A stretch of DNA of 64,000 bases from positions 6,149,842 through 6,213,841 of the forward strand of contig MU053557.1 of NCBI GenBank assembly GCA_013239625.1, written 5' to 3'. The translations under genes and the position numbers were made by a program. Within the stretch, counting starts at the first letter, position 1. Each line of letters opens with the position of its first letter. Source of the stretch: Lama guanicoe (lineage: Eukaryota). This document shows, in pieces, positions 13,240-26,268 of the stretch. The notes under the pieces were generated by a model. It had not been told where the DNA came from. It saw only the letters and a program-made list of their open reading frames with translations, and made no database searches.

Positions 13240-14475
13240 AACAAGGAGGTATCACCTCACAGCTGTCAGAATGGCTATTATCAAAACGACAACAAATAAC
13301 AAGTGCTGGTGAGGATATGGAGAAAAGAGAACCCACGTGCACTCTTGGTGGGAATGTAAATTGGTGTAGCCACTCCGGAAAACAGAATGGAGGTTCCTCA
13401 AAAAACTGAAAATAGAACTACCTTATGACTGAGCAATTCCACCCCTGGGTGTTTATTCAAAGAAAACAAAAATACTAATTAGAAAAGATACATGCACCGC
13501 TATGTTCACTGCAGCATCATTTACAATAGCCAAGATACGGAAGCAACCCAAGGGCCCATCAATAGATGAATGGATAAAGAAGGTGTGGTATATATGTATA
13601 ATGGAATATTCTCAGCCATAAAAAATGAATGAAATCTTGCCATTTGCAACAACAAAGAGAGACCTAGAGAGTGTTTTGCTAAGTGAACTAAGTCAGACAG
13701 AGAAAGGTAAATATTGTATGATTTCATTTATATGGAGAATCTAAGAAACAAAATAAATGAACAAACCTAACAAAACAGAAACGGAGTTATAGATACAGAG
13801 AGTAAACAGGTGGTTGCCAGAGGAGAGGAGGGAGAGGGGAGGAAAGAAATAGGTGAGGGAGATTAAGAGCTACAAACTTGTAGTTACAAAATAAATAATT
13901 CATGGATATGAAATGTACAGTGTGTGGATATAGTCAATAACTGATATCTTTCTTTGGTGACACAGCATAAGTAGACTTATCCTGGTGATCATTTTGAAAT
14001 GTATAGAAAAAAATCACTATGTTGTGTAACAGGAACTAACATAGCGTTGTAGGTCAACTATTCTTCAAAACAAACAAACATACATAGAAACTCAAAGGAA
14101 CAGAGATCAGATATGTGGTCACCAGAAGTTGAGGGATGGGAGAGGAAGAACAGGATGAAGGTGGTCAAAAGGTATGAACTTCCAGTTGTACGATGAATAA
14201 GTACTAGGGGTGTAATGTACAACATGATGACTATAATTAACACTGCTGTATGTTATGAATGAAAGCTCACAGAGTAAATCCTAAGAATTCCCATCACACA
14301 CGCACAAAATCTATTTCTTTAGTTTTGTGTCTGCGTGAGATGATGGATGTTCACTCACGTGACTGTGATAAGCACTTCATGATGTATAGAAGTCAAATGA
14401 CCATGCTGGACACCTTAAACTTGTATAGTGCTACATGTCAGTTATATTTCAATAAAACTGGAGAAAAACAATAAA
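13240..14475 (+). mobile_element. 5'-truncated L1 (ORF2 C-terminus + 3' UTR), antisense to ANXA6, within older L1M debris (~12700-14900)
   Basis: Hallmark L1 text: tatcacctcacagctgtcagaatggctattatcaaaa...aatagatgaatggataaagaag...ttcaataaaactgg plus an A-rich end. Confidence 0.9.
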
Positions 14476-15123
14476 TATGTGCTATCAGTTTACATCTCCA
14501 CCAAGTCTGTGTGAGACTGCCTGTGAGATTTCCCAGCGTCTTGTCAACCACGTACAGCATCAGAGTTTAAGATCTTGACCAGTCTCAAAGCTATAAAATG
14601 GGCTTTGTAAATGAAAAAAATCAGACATAAAAGATCACATATTTCATAATTCCATCTATATGAAATAATCAGAAAAGGCAATAGAGACAGAAAGTCACCT
14701 GAAGGTGGCCCAGGGCTGGGGGTGTGAATAGGTGAACAGGTATAAAGGATCTTAGTGGGGTGATAAAAACGTTCTAACACTGATTGTGGGGGTGGCTGCA
14801 CAACTCATTAAATTTACTGAAAATCATTGACTTATACCCTTAAAACAGGTGAATTTTATAGATGCAAATTTTACTTCAATAAAATTGCTTTTCAAAAGCA
14901 AAAAAAATAATAAGGCTCTTGCTTTACTTAGAAATCTTTCGTTATAAACCTTTGATCCATCTGGAATTTATCTTGGTATAAGCAGTGGGCCAGGCCTCCT
15001 CTTACTCAGCAGTGTCCTGACTGTTCTAAGAGGTGACTCACTGGGAATAGAAAGGACTTCTAACCTATATTCAGGGATCTCTCACTCACCCTTCCCCCCC
15101 TCACCTCTAAGCCCGCCCCTTAC

Positions 15124-15246
15124 CTCAATGGCTTGGTGGAGAGACTTGTCGTATTTCTCAATGAACTCCCGCCGGATGTTGAGCAGGTCGATCTCACTCC
15201 GGGAGACCATGATCCTGGTGAGGGTCTTCTCATCCGTGCCAGCACC
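15124..15246 (-). CDS. ANXA6: ANXA6 exon 25, copy B (identical duplicate, 536 nt from copy A)
   Basis: Same sequence and splice sites as copy A. Only one copy is needed for the canonical 673-aa protein. Confidence 0.85.
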
Positions 15247-15659
15247 CTGGTGGTGCCAGGCGAGAGGAAGACACAGGGCAGGAGGAGGAACCAGGTCAGG
15301 CAGGAACTCATGGGTGTCCATCTGCCCCCTCCCTTTTCCCTCCAAAACCAATCTTCCACAAACAGTCCTGTCCCAAACTCCCCTGTCCCAAAGACTGGGC
15401 AAGAAAGGCAACAACGGCCCCCCAAACTCATGGCCAGTTGGAACCTTCCAATGTGACTTAATTTGGAAAGAGGGTCTTTGCACATGTCATTAGTTTAGGT
15501 CACATTGCATTGGATCCAATGACTGGTGTCCGTGTAAGAGGAGGACACGAGGGCACACACAAATAGAAGGCCACGTGAGGACAAAGGCAGAGACCAAGGG
15601 ATGCATCCAAGCCAAGAAACACGAGGATTCCAGGACTCACCTCTAAGCCCGCCCCTTAC

Positions 15660-15782
15660 CTCAATGGCTTGGTGGAGAGACTTGTCGTATTTCTCAATGA
15701 ACTCCCGCCGGATGTTGAGCAGGTCGATCTCACTCCGGGAGACCATGATCCTGGTGAGGGTCTTCTCATCCGTGCCAGCACC
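15660..15782 (-). CDS. ANXA6: ANXA6 exon 25, copy A (123 nt; [41 protein letters not shown])
   Basis: caccag|GGT...GAG|GTAAGG; phase 0-0. Confidence 0.93.
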
Positions 15783-15939
15783 CTGGTGGTGCCAGGCGAG
15801 AGGAAGACACAGGGCAGGAGGAGGAACCAGGTCAGGCAGGAACTCATGGGTGTCCATCTGCCCCCTCCCTTTTCCCTCCAAAACCAATCTTCCACAAACA
15901 GTCCTGTCCCAAACTCCCCTGTCCCAAAGACTGGGCAAG

Positions 15940-16322
15940 AAAGGCAACAACGGCCCCCCAAACTCATGGCCAGTTGGAACCTTCCAATGTGACTTAATTT
16001 GGAAAGAGGGTCTTTGCACATGTCATTAGTTTAGGTCACATTGCATTGGATCCAATGACTGGTGTCCGTGTAAGAGGAGGACACGAGGGCACACACAAAT
16101 AGAAGGCCACGTGAGGACAAAGGCAGAGACCAAGGGATGCATCCAAGCCAAGAAACACGAGGATTCCAGGCGACCACTCGAGCCTGGGACAAAGGCTCCC
16201 TCAGAGCCCCCAGAAGGACCCAATCCTGCTGATTCCTTCATTTTGGACTTTCAGCCCCTAGACCCATGAGGACACATTTTTGTTGTCACTCAATTCGTGA
16301 CAGCAGTTCTGGGAAACTACTA
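15940..16322 (+). mobile_element. MLT1-type MaLR LTR (its 5' part is also duplicated at ~15405-15634)
   Basis: aatgtgacttaatttggaaagagggtctttgca...atccaatgactggtgtcc...gccacgtgaggac...ccctcagagcccccagaagga...cagcagttctgggaaacta. Confidence 0.8.
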
Positions 16323-16689
16323 TAGGGCCCAAGAAGGAGATACAGGACAAAGAACATATGGGCAGCCATGGCCCACCTCTGTCCCCAGGGGGCTTGGAAC
16401 ACCAGCTGAAGGGTCAGAGCCAGCACACAGTGAGGGCTATCATGTTTGGGGACAGCAGGCTGAGAGGGGTCCCAGGGAGCCTGCCTGAGCTCTGTCAACA
16501 GCTAGAACTCCACCTGCAGGGCTGGCAGGGTGGCCAGAGTGGCCTGGGTTTTCAGGAAGCCAGGGCTAGTCCCAGAGCTGAGCACTTGCTTCCTTTTGTG
16601 ATCATCTGTCACAGGAGACACTGTGTCACTGAGGAGGATGTGAGCTCCAAGGGGGCAGAAACTGTCCTACTCAGCCCTGCGTCCCCAGA

Positions 16690-16897
16690 ACAAGTTTCTT
16701 AACCTTGGCCTCTGGGGCCAGATCATCCTGTGCTTGGGGATCTGTCCTGTGCACTGCAGGATGCTCAGCACCCCTGCTCTCCACCCACCAGACAGATGCC
16801 AGCAGCAACACTCCCCAAGCTGTGACAACCAAGATGCGTCTGAACATCGTCAAATGTTCCCTAGAGAGGTAATGTCACCCCCCACTGAGAACTACTA
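16690..16897 (+). mobile_element. MER20-like DNA transposon
   Basis: tttcttaaccttggc...ctgtcctgtgcactgcaggatg...gctgtgacaaccaa...ctgagaactact. Confidence 0.8.
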
Positions 16898-17041
16898 CCC
16901 TAGAGCCAGACGTGGAGTGGAGGCTGGTAAATATCAAATGGGTGGAAGCAGCCACAAGCCCTGATCTGGGGGATGGAGCACATCTGTTTGTGGGGGCAGA
17001 AACGCTCAAAGGGAAAGTAACAAGCAAGCAGGTTTTCTTAC

Positions 17042-17100
17042 CTTCATGGATTTGTAAAGTTTGTCGGCAAAGAAGAGCGGCTTGTTCTTGACACTCTGAA
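17042..17100 (-). CDS. ANXA6: ANXA6 exon 24 (59 nt; QSVKNKPLFFADKLYKSMK)
   Basis: Read manually; AG/GT bounded. Confidence 0.97.
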
Positions 17101-19477
17101 CTGGTAGGAAGAGGAAAGAGATGCAAGGAGATCAGTCAGAGGAGGTGTACCTAGACCATGGGCAGCTGCTGCTGCTACAGAGGTAGGACCCCCTCTCCCC
17201 GCACCCTGGGCCAGGGTCACACCCGTGTCCCACGCCTTCACTCCCCCTTCTTGATGCCGCCTCCTCTATCTCATCTCTAGGCCTGGCTCTCGCTGGGTTG
17301 CGACTCGCTTCCTGCTACAGTGCTGGCAGCTAACCAAGGCTGGTGGAGGACTCAAAGGGAAGAAACCGCCGGTGAAGCCAAGGCACAGGGCCTCAGACTT
17401 CTAAGTGCACCAGAATCAAAGGAGAACTTGTTTAAAACTCAGGTTGTAGGCTCCACCCTAGAGACTCAGATTCAAGAAATGTTTCAAGCAGCAGTTTTCA
17501 AAGTATAGTTCCTAGAAGGCACCAGTATCATCAGGGAACTCGGTAGAAAAGCAAAATCTCGTGGCCCACCCTGGGTGTGCTGAATCTGTGACTCTGAAGG
17601 TGGGTGACCAACTCACCCCACTTTGCCTGGGACACTGCTGGTTTTAGTACAAACCTGGATGGTGGCCACCCTACTCTGGTGCAGCTTAACACTTGAGAAC
17701 TACTGAGAAAAACACTCTGCCAGAGAATGAGTGTCTGTCAGTATAACCTAGGGCACTGTGCCAATCCATGGGCTGCACACTCCTCCCTCATTGGAAGCCC
17801 CTGTTTACCACCCAGCCCCGTATCAGATACTGCCGGCCTGGCTGTACCAACCCCAGCCCCGGGTTCTCAAGGATGTGGATTTGAGCAGCTGCTGGATTCC
17901 CAGGCTACAGAGCTCAAGTAGGGGTGTCTCAGACAGCTTCAGGAGGAGGAATTAGACGCCAGGACCCGGAAGCCAGAATGACTCTGGATGTAAAGTGTCT
18001 CTATGAGGAGGGCAGCGGGTGAGGCTGGAGTTGTGGATCCCAAGGGCACAGCCACACAGGTGACAGGCATGTACCCCCACCTGTGGCAAACTTGGGAACC
18101 CGTGGGAAAGATCACACCATACACCAACCTTCCCTGCTCCTGCTGTAGCTCCCAAACTAACTCCAAGCTCTTTGGCCTGGAAATCAAAGCTCCTGTTTCC
18201 TTCTGTTCTCTCACTGCCTCTGTTCCCCTATTTCCCTAACATTCTCTGAATTCTTTTGTGCCTTTGTCCTCCCAGGAAGGAGAAGTTTCCTTCTGCCCTC
18301 CACTACTTTACCTCCCCAAATCCACACCTCCAGTTGTGTCACCTCCTCCAAGGAGCCTGCCCTGACTCCACGCCTGGAGCTCGGTCAGTCTAGGTAAGGA
18401 ACAGACTGGGCAGAAACTTCCATCCATTGCAACCAACCCTGAAAACCTTCCCCAGAACCTGAAGGCCGCCCAACTGCCTCAGAGGACCCCGGGGCCTGCC
18501 ACAGGATGGAGTGAGGTGGAGTTGGGTGTGTGTGTGTGAGTGCGTGTGTGTACGCATGCGTACAAGCACACATGTACATGTTCCAGGTGGGAGGGGAGAG
18601 GACAGAGGGAGGAATACGAGGAGGGCAAGATCTGAATGTGTCTCCACAGACCAGTTATTCTGGGGATTAATACAAGCATGAGAATTGGGCTCAGGCAGCC
18701 TCTGATGTGAGTCTTGTCCCACTACAGACACGTAACCTCTTCGAACCTCAGCCTCCCACTGTGTAAAATAAGCTGATAAAATCAGCTGGTACGGATTCAA
18801 CCAAAGCCACGTGCAACTGACTTCACACAGGGCCTGGCAGGAAATAATAAAAGGCAACATTTATCAGTGCACTCCATGCGCCAGGAGGCAGTGTTCTAAC
18901 TGTTTTATGTGTAACTAACTCATTTAAATCTGGATACTATTATTATGTCCATTTTACAGAGAAGGAAACTGAGGCATAGCTTTCTGTGCCTCGCCCAAGG
19001 ACATAGCTGTACAGCTAGTAAGTGGGAGAGCAGGGATCCTACCTAGATTCACTATGCTACTCTGCCTCCTGGGTATTGCCCCAGGTGGTAAAGACGCACT
19101 GAGTGCTAAACAGCAATATCACAACAATTAACAACTGATTCGTCTGTTCTAAAACACCTTTCCCTGCATTTGAAGTCCCTGAAATCAAGACGCATCTTAT
19201 AATTGACAGCAGTTATGTGAAAACCTTCCACTGACATCTCCAGATAAGATTTTTTTAAAATATGCAACAATGCAATGTATTTTATAGTAATAAAATAAGA
19301 TACTGCTGATCACTAATGCTAATCAAAACCAGTTCAACCTCTGCTCATATCTACTCATCCGTTTGTATACATGGAGAAATTGAGATCCAAAAGAAGAAAG
19401 ACTTTTTCAAAGTCAAGAACCCAAATTATGCAATAAGAGAGTAACCAGAGGGATCTAAGTACTGGGAGGAGGGAAGG

Positions 19478-19497
19478 GTGTGTGTGTGTGTGTGTGT
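19478..19497. repeat. (GT)10 microsatellite
   Basis: Seen directly. Confidence 0.95.
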
Positions 19498-19770
19498 ACA
19501 CACCCTAGTCCTGCAGGACACCGCACCCTACCCAATCCTGCCACCCCCCTCTAGCCACTGCCCTAGAGAGCTATTTCCTCATCCTGCCCCGAGCCTGGAA
19601 CAAGTCTTCCTGCGACCCCGCCAATCACACATGGGCAGACCCTGAGAAGTGGCAGTGTTTACTTTCCAGTACTAGAGTAGCTTAGGATGCTAGAAAGGCC
19701 ACATCCATCCAGGGAATCTGGCCGTGTTCCCTGTGCCCCCCAGCCCTTTCCCGTGGTCCCCGCCAGTTAC

Positions 19771-19866
19771 CAATGGCCACAAAAGCGTCTCTGACATCCC
19801 CAGACATCTCTTTCTTGATGGTGTGCTCCACGTCATAGTTGGTCATCTTGACGAACTCCTGGAAGA
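19771..19866 (-). CDS. ANXA6: ANXA6 exon 23 (96 nt; FQEFVKMTNYDVEHTIKKEMSGDVRDAFVAI)
   Basis: AG/GT bounded. Confidence 0.97.
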
Positions 19867-21030
19867 CTGCCCCCAAGAGAAGCCCCAGAGGTGGGGGGTG
19901 AGCTCCAACTCTGAGGTGGGGTGGGTAGATCTCCCCTCCCCCACCCCCAGCTTTACGCAGAGGCTGTGCCCTGGAAAAGTGGAAAGGGGCAACAGGTATG
20001 GCCACAGCCCAGGCTTAAATGCTTATTTGGGCAGGAAGGACTATTGTCACAGGAACATTCTGACCTCAAGCCTTCCCTGTATCAAGTCATACACTGCCCC
20101 AGAGCTTCAGACAAGTTCCAGGGACCCGGGCTGGGGTAGTAGGAGCATGCGTCCTAGTCACAGCTCTGCCCCAGGCTCAGCCAATGACCTTGGGTGAACC
20201 CCTCCCCTTTCTGGGCCTCCCCTTCCTCCCGAGTCAAGGTGGGATAGAGATTAACATTAAGTAATCACAACGATAAACTGAGGAAGTTAGCAGGGGCCAG
20301 GCACTGTGCTAAGTGCTTTTTGCGTATTTATTTTTTGTATCCTCAAACAGTCATGTAAGGTAGACTTAACGTCCCAACATTGCAGGTAAGGGAATGAAGG
20401 CACAGATAGTTAGTAACTTGCCCAGGGTCACACGACTGATAAGTGGGAGAATCGAATCAAGGCAGCCCAGCTCCCAAGACGGTTCTTTTACTTACTGTGC
20501 TAAAGCACCTTAGCATGCCAGGCACATGCTTATTAAAACGTCACTGTCTGAGTGGTAAGGCCACTTCACCATCACTTAGTGTCAGGGCCATTGCATGCAG
20601 GTGTGCCCTGTGCATGTGGCAGCCTGTGGCTCAAAGACATGTATGTGGTTCTTGTGCCATATTCACTCCTCACTGCCTTGCTCCTGGCAGACATCGCCAA
20701 AGATTCATGACACAGAATCTTCGAATCCTTCTCAACACAGCATTCTAGGCAGCCACTACCAACCCACTGCAGTTGGCTTTAGAGGCAAAAGCCGCCTGAT
20801 CCCTTCTCCCAGGCACCCCACGTGCTTCCTAAGGAGGTGAGGGAGTTGGCCCGAGGCCGAATGACGTGTTAGCAGTAGAGCCAGGACCAGGCGCCGGGGG
20901 TCCTACATCCCCAGGGGCCACAATACTCCCTTGCTGGGGTAAGGAGTGGGCGAGTGGGCAATTAGCCACTCTTGTTAAGACTTGGGGATCTTCCTGCTGC
21001 CTTGGGAAAGGAGGGGGAGTCAGGCCTCAC

Positions 21031-21124
21031 CTCTCCGGAGGTGCTGATAGCTACGCGTGCACAGGATCATCATGAACCGTGTCTCCAGGGAAGACTTGTC
21101 GCCACTGGAAGTGTCTGCTATTTC
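21031..21124 (-). CDS. ANXA6: ANXA6 exon 22 (94 nt; EIADTSSGDKSSLETRFMMILCTRSYQHLRR)
   Basis: Read manually; AG/GT bounded. Confidence 0.96.
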
Positions 21125-21846
21125 CTGCAGACCAAGGGTGGGGACAAGGATTTAGGAGGGAAGACACAAGAAAGCCGTAGTCATTATTTACTTTCACGTC
21201 TGCCTGGGCCGAGGGCAGTTAGAAGCTGGGCTAACCCAGCTATACAAGGAGGCTGACCTTGGCCCCTGCCTCAGCCCCCCACCCCCTCCAGTTCCCAGGG
21301 ACCCTGTGGACTCACCCCCAGGAGCTGAGCACAGGGGACTGGGCCCAGGGGAGGGGCAAACAGGCACTGGGCACGGGAGTTCTCCTTCGGTCTTTAAACC
21401 CCTCTGAAAGCCCCTCTGGGGAAGTGTGTCTGTGCACATGTGCAAGGAAAAATGGCCTGGCCAGCGTTTCCCCCAGCGTGGTGAGCAGGCAAACATAATT
21501 AACATATATTTACACACCACATATGTATGTTTCCGCAATGGTCTTCTGGCCAGCTACCAGTCCTAGTCACATAGATACTAAATGTCCTTTAAAATAACTC
21601 ATTTGGGGTTAAACTACGTATTTTGCACAAGTCATATAGAGGGTGAGTGGTGAAGTTTGGGAAACACTCGCCTGGCCCATTTTTTACCCAGCAGGGTTCT
21701 CTGGAAGCCCTGAAAGGGAGAGAGAGAACCTGGGGGGGACGCCCCCAAATCACTGCCTGACTCTGCCGGCTCAGCCCCGCCCAGAGGCACAGCCAGACTC
21801 AGACTTCACTCAGGCCGTGAGCATCCGTGCAGAACAGGGCACTCAC

Positions 21847-21864
21847 CAGTATCTCAGCAGCCAC
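21847..21864 (-). CDS. ANXA6: ANXA6 exon 21, 18-nt cassette micro-exon (VAAEIL)
   Basis: ctctcag|GTGGCTGCTGAGATACTG|GTGAGT; matches the known alternatively spliced six-residue insert of annexin A6. Confidence 0.95.
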
Positions 21865-23129
21865 CTGAGAGCAGGGAGGAGAGAGGAGAGAGGGGAAGGC
21901 ACGAGTCAGAGGAGGCCTGGAGACGGGGTCTCTGGGGGCCCTGGGGTACAGGCAACGGAGCCTGGCTCAGGGTACAGAGGTCCCACCATGGGGGACAGGG
22001 ACGGGGCTGGAGCTCAAAATGGGAACAGGTCTGGGTTCTAATGGTGAAAGTGTCTACGGGAGGGGTAAGAAGAGGACCCAGGAGACAGCGCTCACATCCA
22101 GCAACCTAGGGAGACCCCTCAGGGCCGCCTAGAAGTTGGATGTGAGACGTGCCGAGTTCCCTGCACCCTTTACCATGTTCAGAGCTGCAGGGTCCTCAGG
22201 AGACCTGTCACGGACCCCCTTATGTTACAGACGGGAGACAGGAAAGCTGAGGCCTGGAGGGGATGGGACATGCAGCCAATCAGGGGGGGAAGTGCCAGCT
22301 GTTCAAGACATCTCACAAGGGTGGATTTTCATCACCACATTATGCCGAGCACAGAACTCTGAGGTTAGAACACTATTTTGTTAGGCAAATAGCTGTGACT
22401 TGGAGGGCCCAGGGATAAAACATAGCCAGCCCTGCGCACACCGACTGAGTCCCGCCTTTGCCTCTTTCCCTGAAATTCTGCCGACCGCTTTGTTCTATTG
22501 GGCAGATCGAAACCATCCTTTTTATAAACTTCTCAATAAGTGAATGCTTTAGAAATCTCTTTTTCCTTATATAAATTAGTGTCTATTAAAATTCAAAATG
22601 CACTTGCCACTTGATCAAACTATGTTGCTAAGAATTTCCCTTACAAATAAACTGGCGAAAGTCTTCCAAGATATACTACAGGGCGTTCACTGTGTCATTC
22701 TTTGTAATAGAGAAAACACTTGCTAAACAGGTTATGGTTCATCTTGTAATGGAAATCCACACAACTAGTAAAAAGAATTAGACTGGGTTACAGGGCTCAT
22801 AAGGAGAGAGTTTCCATTTAAATTAAGCAGAAAAGTCAAGCACAGCATGTTGTATACAACGGTGCTCCTTCTAGAAAAAAAAGGTAACTGCACATTTGCT
22901 CTTATACACTTACTGGGAAGTTGTGCGAGAGGGACAGGCAACATACTGGTGGCAGTGGTCACCTTTAAGGAGAAGGACTCGGGGGAAGAGCTTTTGCATT
23001 TTATTTTTTCTGAAATTTTAAGTTACATTATTTTTATTTTTTGTTTTGAAGCCCAGTAGGCATTATCAGGGCTACTAGGATTATGGGATGCTTCTGTTTC
23101 TTATTTATACTTTTCCATATTAAAAACAA

Positions 23130-24300
23130 CCTGGTTGAACCTTGAGGATATTATGCTAAGTGAAATAGGCCAGTTAGAAAAGGACAAATACTACACGATT
23201 GCACCTATGGGAGATACCCAGAGCAGTCAGCTTCCTAGAGGCAGAAAGCAGAATGGTGGCTGCTGGGGGCTGGGGCTGGGGGGACGGGAAGGGGTAGTTA
23301 CTGTTTAATGGGCATAGACTTTCAGTTTGCAAGATAACGACTTTAGTGGATGGATGGTGGAGACAGTTGCACAACAGCATAAATGTACTTAATGCCAATG
23401 ACCTGTACGCTACAAAAAGGTTAAGATGGTAAATATTATGATGTGTATTTTACCACCATTTTTCTTATTATGGTAAAAAGTCTAGTATTATTATTTAAAA
23501 AGGAGATGTTTTTAAAAATTAAACAAAAAAAAAGATTTTTCACTTATTTGGATCAGAGAACCCCCAGATATATTTGTTATTTTCAAAGCATCTTTAAGAC
23601 CATAGTATTTGTAATATGAAAAGTGAGTGGGTTACTACAATAATTTTCCAGATGTTCAACCCAAAGCTTTCCTTTACTAGCTTTGCTACTTCGTGCCAAA
23701 ATTAATCAGGGCAGTTTCTCCAAAAGTTAAACATAGCGTTATCATCTGACCCAGCAATTCTACTCCCAGATATATACCCAAGAGAAATGAAAACATATGT
23801 GTATATAAAAACTTGTACACAAATGTTTATAGCAGCATTATTCATAATAGCCAAAACGCAGAAACAACCCAAATGTCTGTTAGTTGATGAATGGATTTTT
23901 TTTTAAAGTGATAGATCCATACAATGAAATATGATTTGGCAATGGAAAGGAATGAAGTACTGATATATGCTATGATATGGACGAACTTTGAAAACATTAC
24001 ATTAAGTGAAAGAAACCAGTCACAAAAGGCTACATATTATAAGGTTCCATTTATATGAAATGTCCAGAATAGGCAAATCTGTAGAGGCAAAAAGTAGACT
24101 TGTGGTTGCCTAAGGCTGGGGTGGGGGTTGGGACGAAACAAGAGGGAACTACAATATGTACGGGTTTCTTCTTGGGGTGGTGAAATGTTCTAAAATTATC
24201 GTGGTGATGGTTGCACAAGACTGTGAAGACACTAACAACCACTGAACTGTATACTTTAAGTAGGTCAACAGTACGGATATGAATTATATTTCAGTAAAGC
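23130..24300 (+). mobile_element. Old L1M 3'-end fragments (~23130-23460 and ~23720-24300)
   Basis: gaaccttgaggatattatgctaagtgaaataggccag; gacccagcaattctactcccagatatatacccaagagaaatgaaaacatatg. Confidence 0.8.
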
Positions 24301-24381
24301 CGTTATGTTAATAAATAATCTGGCAATTGAAATATCTATAAATGGTCACAATTCTTCATTTCACTCTGGGTCTATAATAAT

Positions 24382-24491
24382 GAGATCACCTATGTTATTT
24401 ATTACTCACACTGGGACACTGAGAGTGAAAGGGAAGCTATTTATAAGTACTGTGGGACAACAGGTGAACACTGAACATATATATGTCACCT
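24382..24491. mobile_element. MER96-like hAT MITE
   Basis: gggacactgagagtgaaaggg...tgggacaacagg...atgtcacct resembles the MER96 consensus as recalled. Confidence 0.55.
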
Positions 24492-26268
24492 GTTCACAAC
24501 AGACCCAGACTTCTAAGAGCTTGAGGGTGTTTAGATGCCGGAATGAGAGTATGGGAAGGAGGAGGTGTAAGACCAGCAAACACGCACGGCCAAGCACTAA
24601 TGTGCAGTATTCTTTTAGGGGGGAACTCAGTTCTGCACATTGAATGTCTTCAATTTTTGTAAACATTCTCCTCCAGCATTCTCAATTCACCTCTAGAAAT
24701 TTATTCTAAGGCAAAAAAAAAAATCATGAATGTGATAAGACTTTGCTACTAGGGAGAGGGCTGGTTAAATAAAAGTTTGGTAGATTTCTAAATGAAATAG
24801 TATTTAGCCATTAAATGATGCTGTTGATTTTTTTAAATGATATGTAACCGTATCCACTGAATACTCATTTTTACCTGTCACAAATCAGAAATCCATTTTT
24901 ATATATGTAAATAAGACAACTAGAATGATATACTCTAAGATAGTACCAATAATTACAACTAGTAGGTTAAGGGTTTTTTGTGGTGGGGTGCTTGTCTATT
25001 TTCTAAAGTTTCTACAAAATATGTATTATTGAGAAATAAAATATTTCTAATAAGAAAATGAGTCCACACTAAAATCAGGGTCTTAGTATCTGTGAATCTG
25101 GAGAAGCAGCCGAGTTGGGCAGGGCGCGGCTTTGCTCCCTTGGTTGACTCCACCCAGGTTCTCTCTGCCCTTCTCTCCAGAAAAGCAGCCACTAGCGAGG
25201 CCCACCATTGCCCCCTGCTGGCAGCAACTAGAAGCATCGCCTTATAGGTAGACCAGGCACCAGGCAGAATTCCCTGGAGGGTGAATTTCAGGGTGCAGGA
25301 CGGATTTGGGGTGAGCTCTAAGGAAGAAGCCAGGTTCAAAGACCCTCAACAGCACAATGGGGCCGCTCATAGTAGCACTTAAAAAATATCTGTCGAATGA
25401 GTGAATGAAATGCGACCTCAGCAAGCCACTCCAGGGGGCTGTGTTCCCAGGCCAGACTCCATAAACATAACTATAACGCATCTGCAGCACCTTATCTGAA
25501 TGGAATCCTGCAGTTTCCGACAACCGTATGTCAAACCAGGGGCAGGACAACCAGACACCAGCAGCTACCTTGTTTGGAAGTCGCAGAGAAATTAGCCTAC
25601 TGGGTCCTGGAGGATATTAAATGGTATTAAGTATGGCCTGGGTTCAAATCACACCATGACCATGTGGGAACCTTACCCTTGGATAGGTAAGGAGCTTCAT
25701 TTTCCTGAAGTAAGAAAAAGGGGGCATATCAAAGTATGAAGTAGCCCCAGCATCATACTCAGTGCTCAGACACTCTAGCAGTTTTGTAGGAGTCAGGTTA
25801 CAGCAAAGCATCCTTTAGCTCTAATGGTGCTGTAACATTCACTCCCTTCCCAGCAAGCTCCCCGACCTGCTCCCTCTGGGTCAATTCCACCTGGCCCACT
25901 GATTTGCTGTGTGACGTCCAGAAGTCATTCACCCTCTCTGGGCCTCCATTTTCCAAATGTAACATGGCCTGGACAATCCGTAAGTCCCTGCTAGCTCTGA
26001 GGGTCTAGGGCTCAAGGTCCGCTCTTTGCACAGGAAACGTCAGAAGGATCAGCGCCACCCTCCTAAGTATCTTTCTGAAAGCTCTGGAAAACGTCATCGT
26101 CTCACTTCTAAGGGTAGAGAGGTGCAAGGGGCCCAGAGTCTAAGTGTCCGCCAGTCAAACCAGCTACGCTCCTGCCAGACACCTTCCCCACTCAGAGACG
26201 GCCAGGGCCCCACAAGGACAGATGTCAGCTGGAGTCCCTGGGGAGGGGGCGGGGGGCCGGGGTCTCAC

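Larger units (their letters stand above)
15100..16170. repeat. Direct tandem duplication, 2 x 535 bp separated by one A (15635)
   Basis: 15100-15634 and 15636-16170 read identically by eye, and the ORF track gives identical translations offset by 536. Confidence 0.97.

Noticed and set aside
15082..16029. Paired 107-174 aa ORFs suggesting a small standalone duplicated gene
   Set aside because: They are exon 25 read through into intron/LTR sequence, or its antisense frames, doubled by the tandem duplication.
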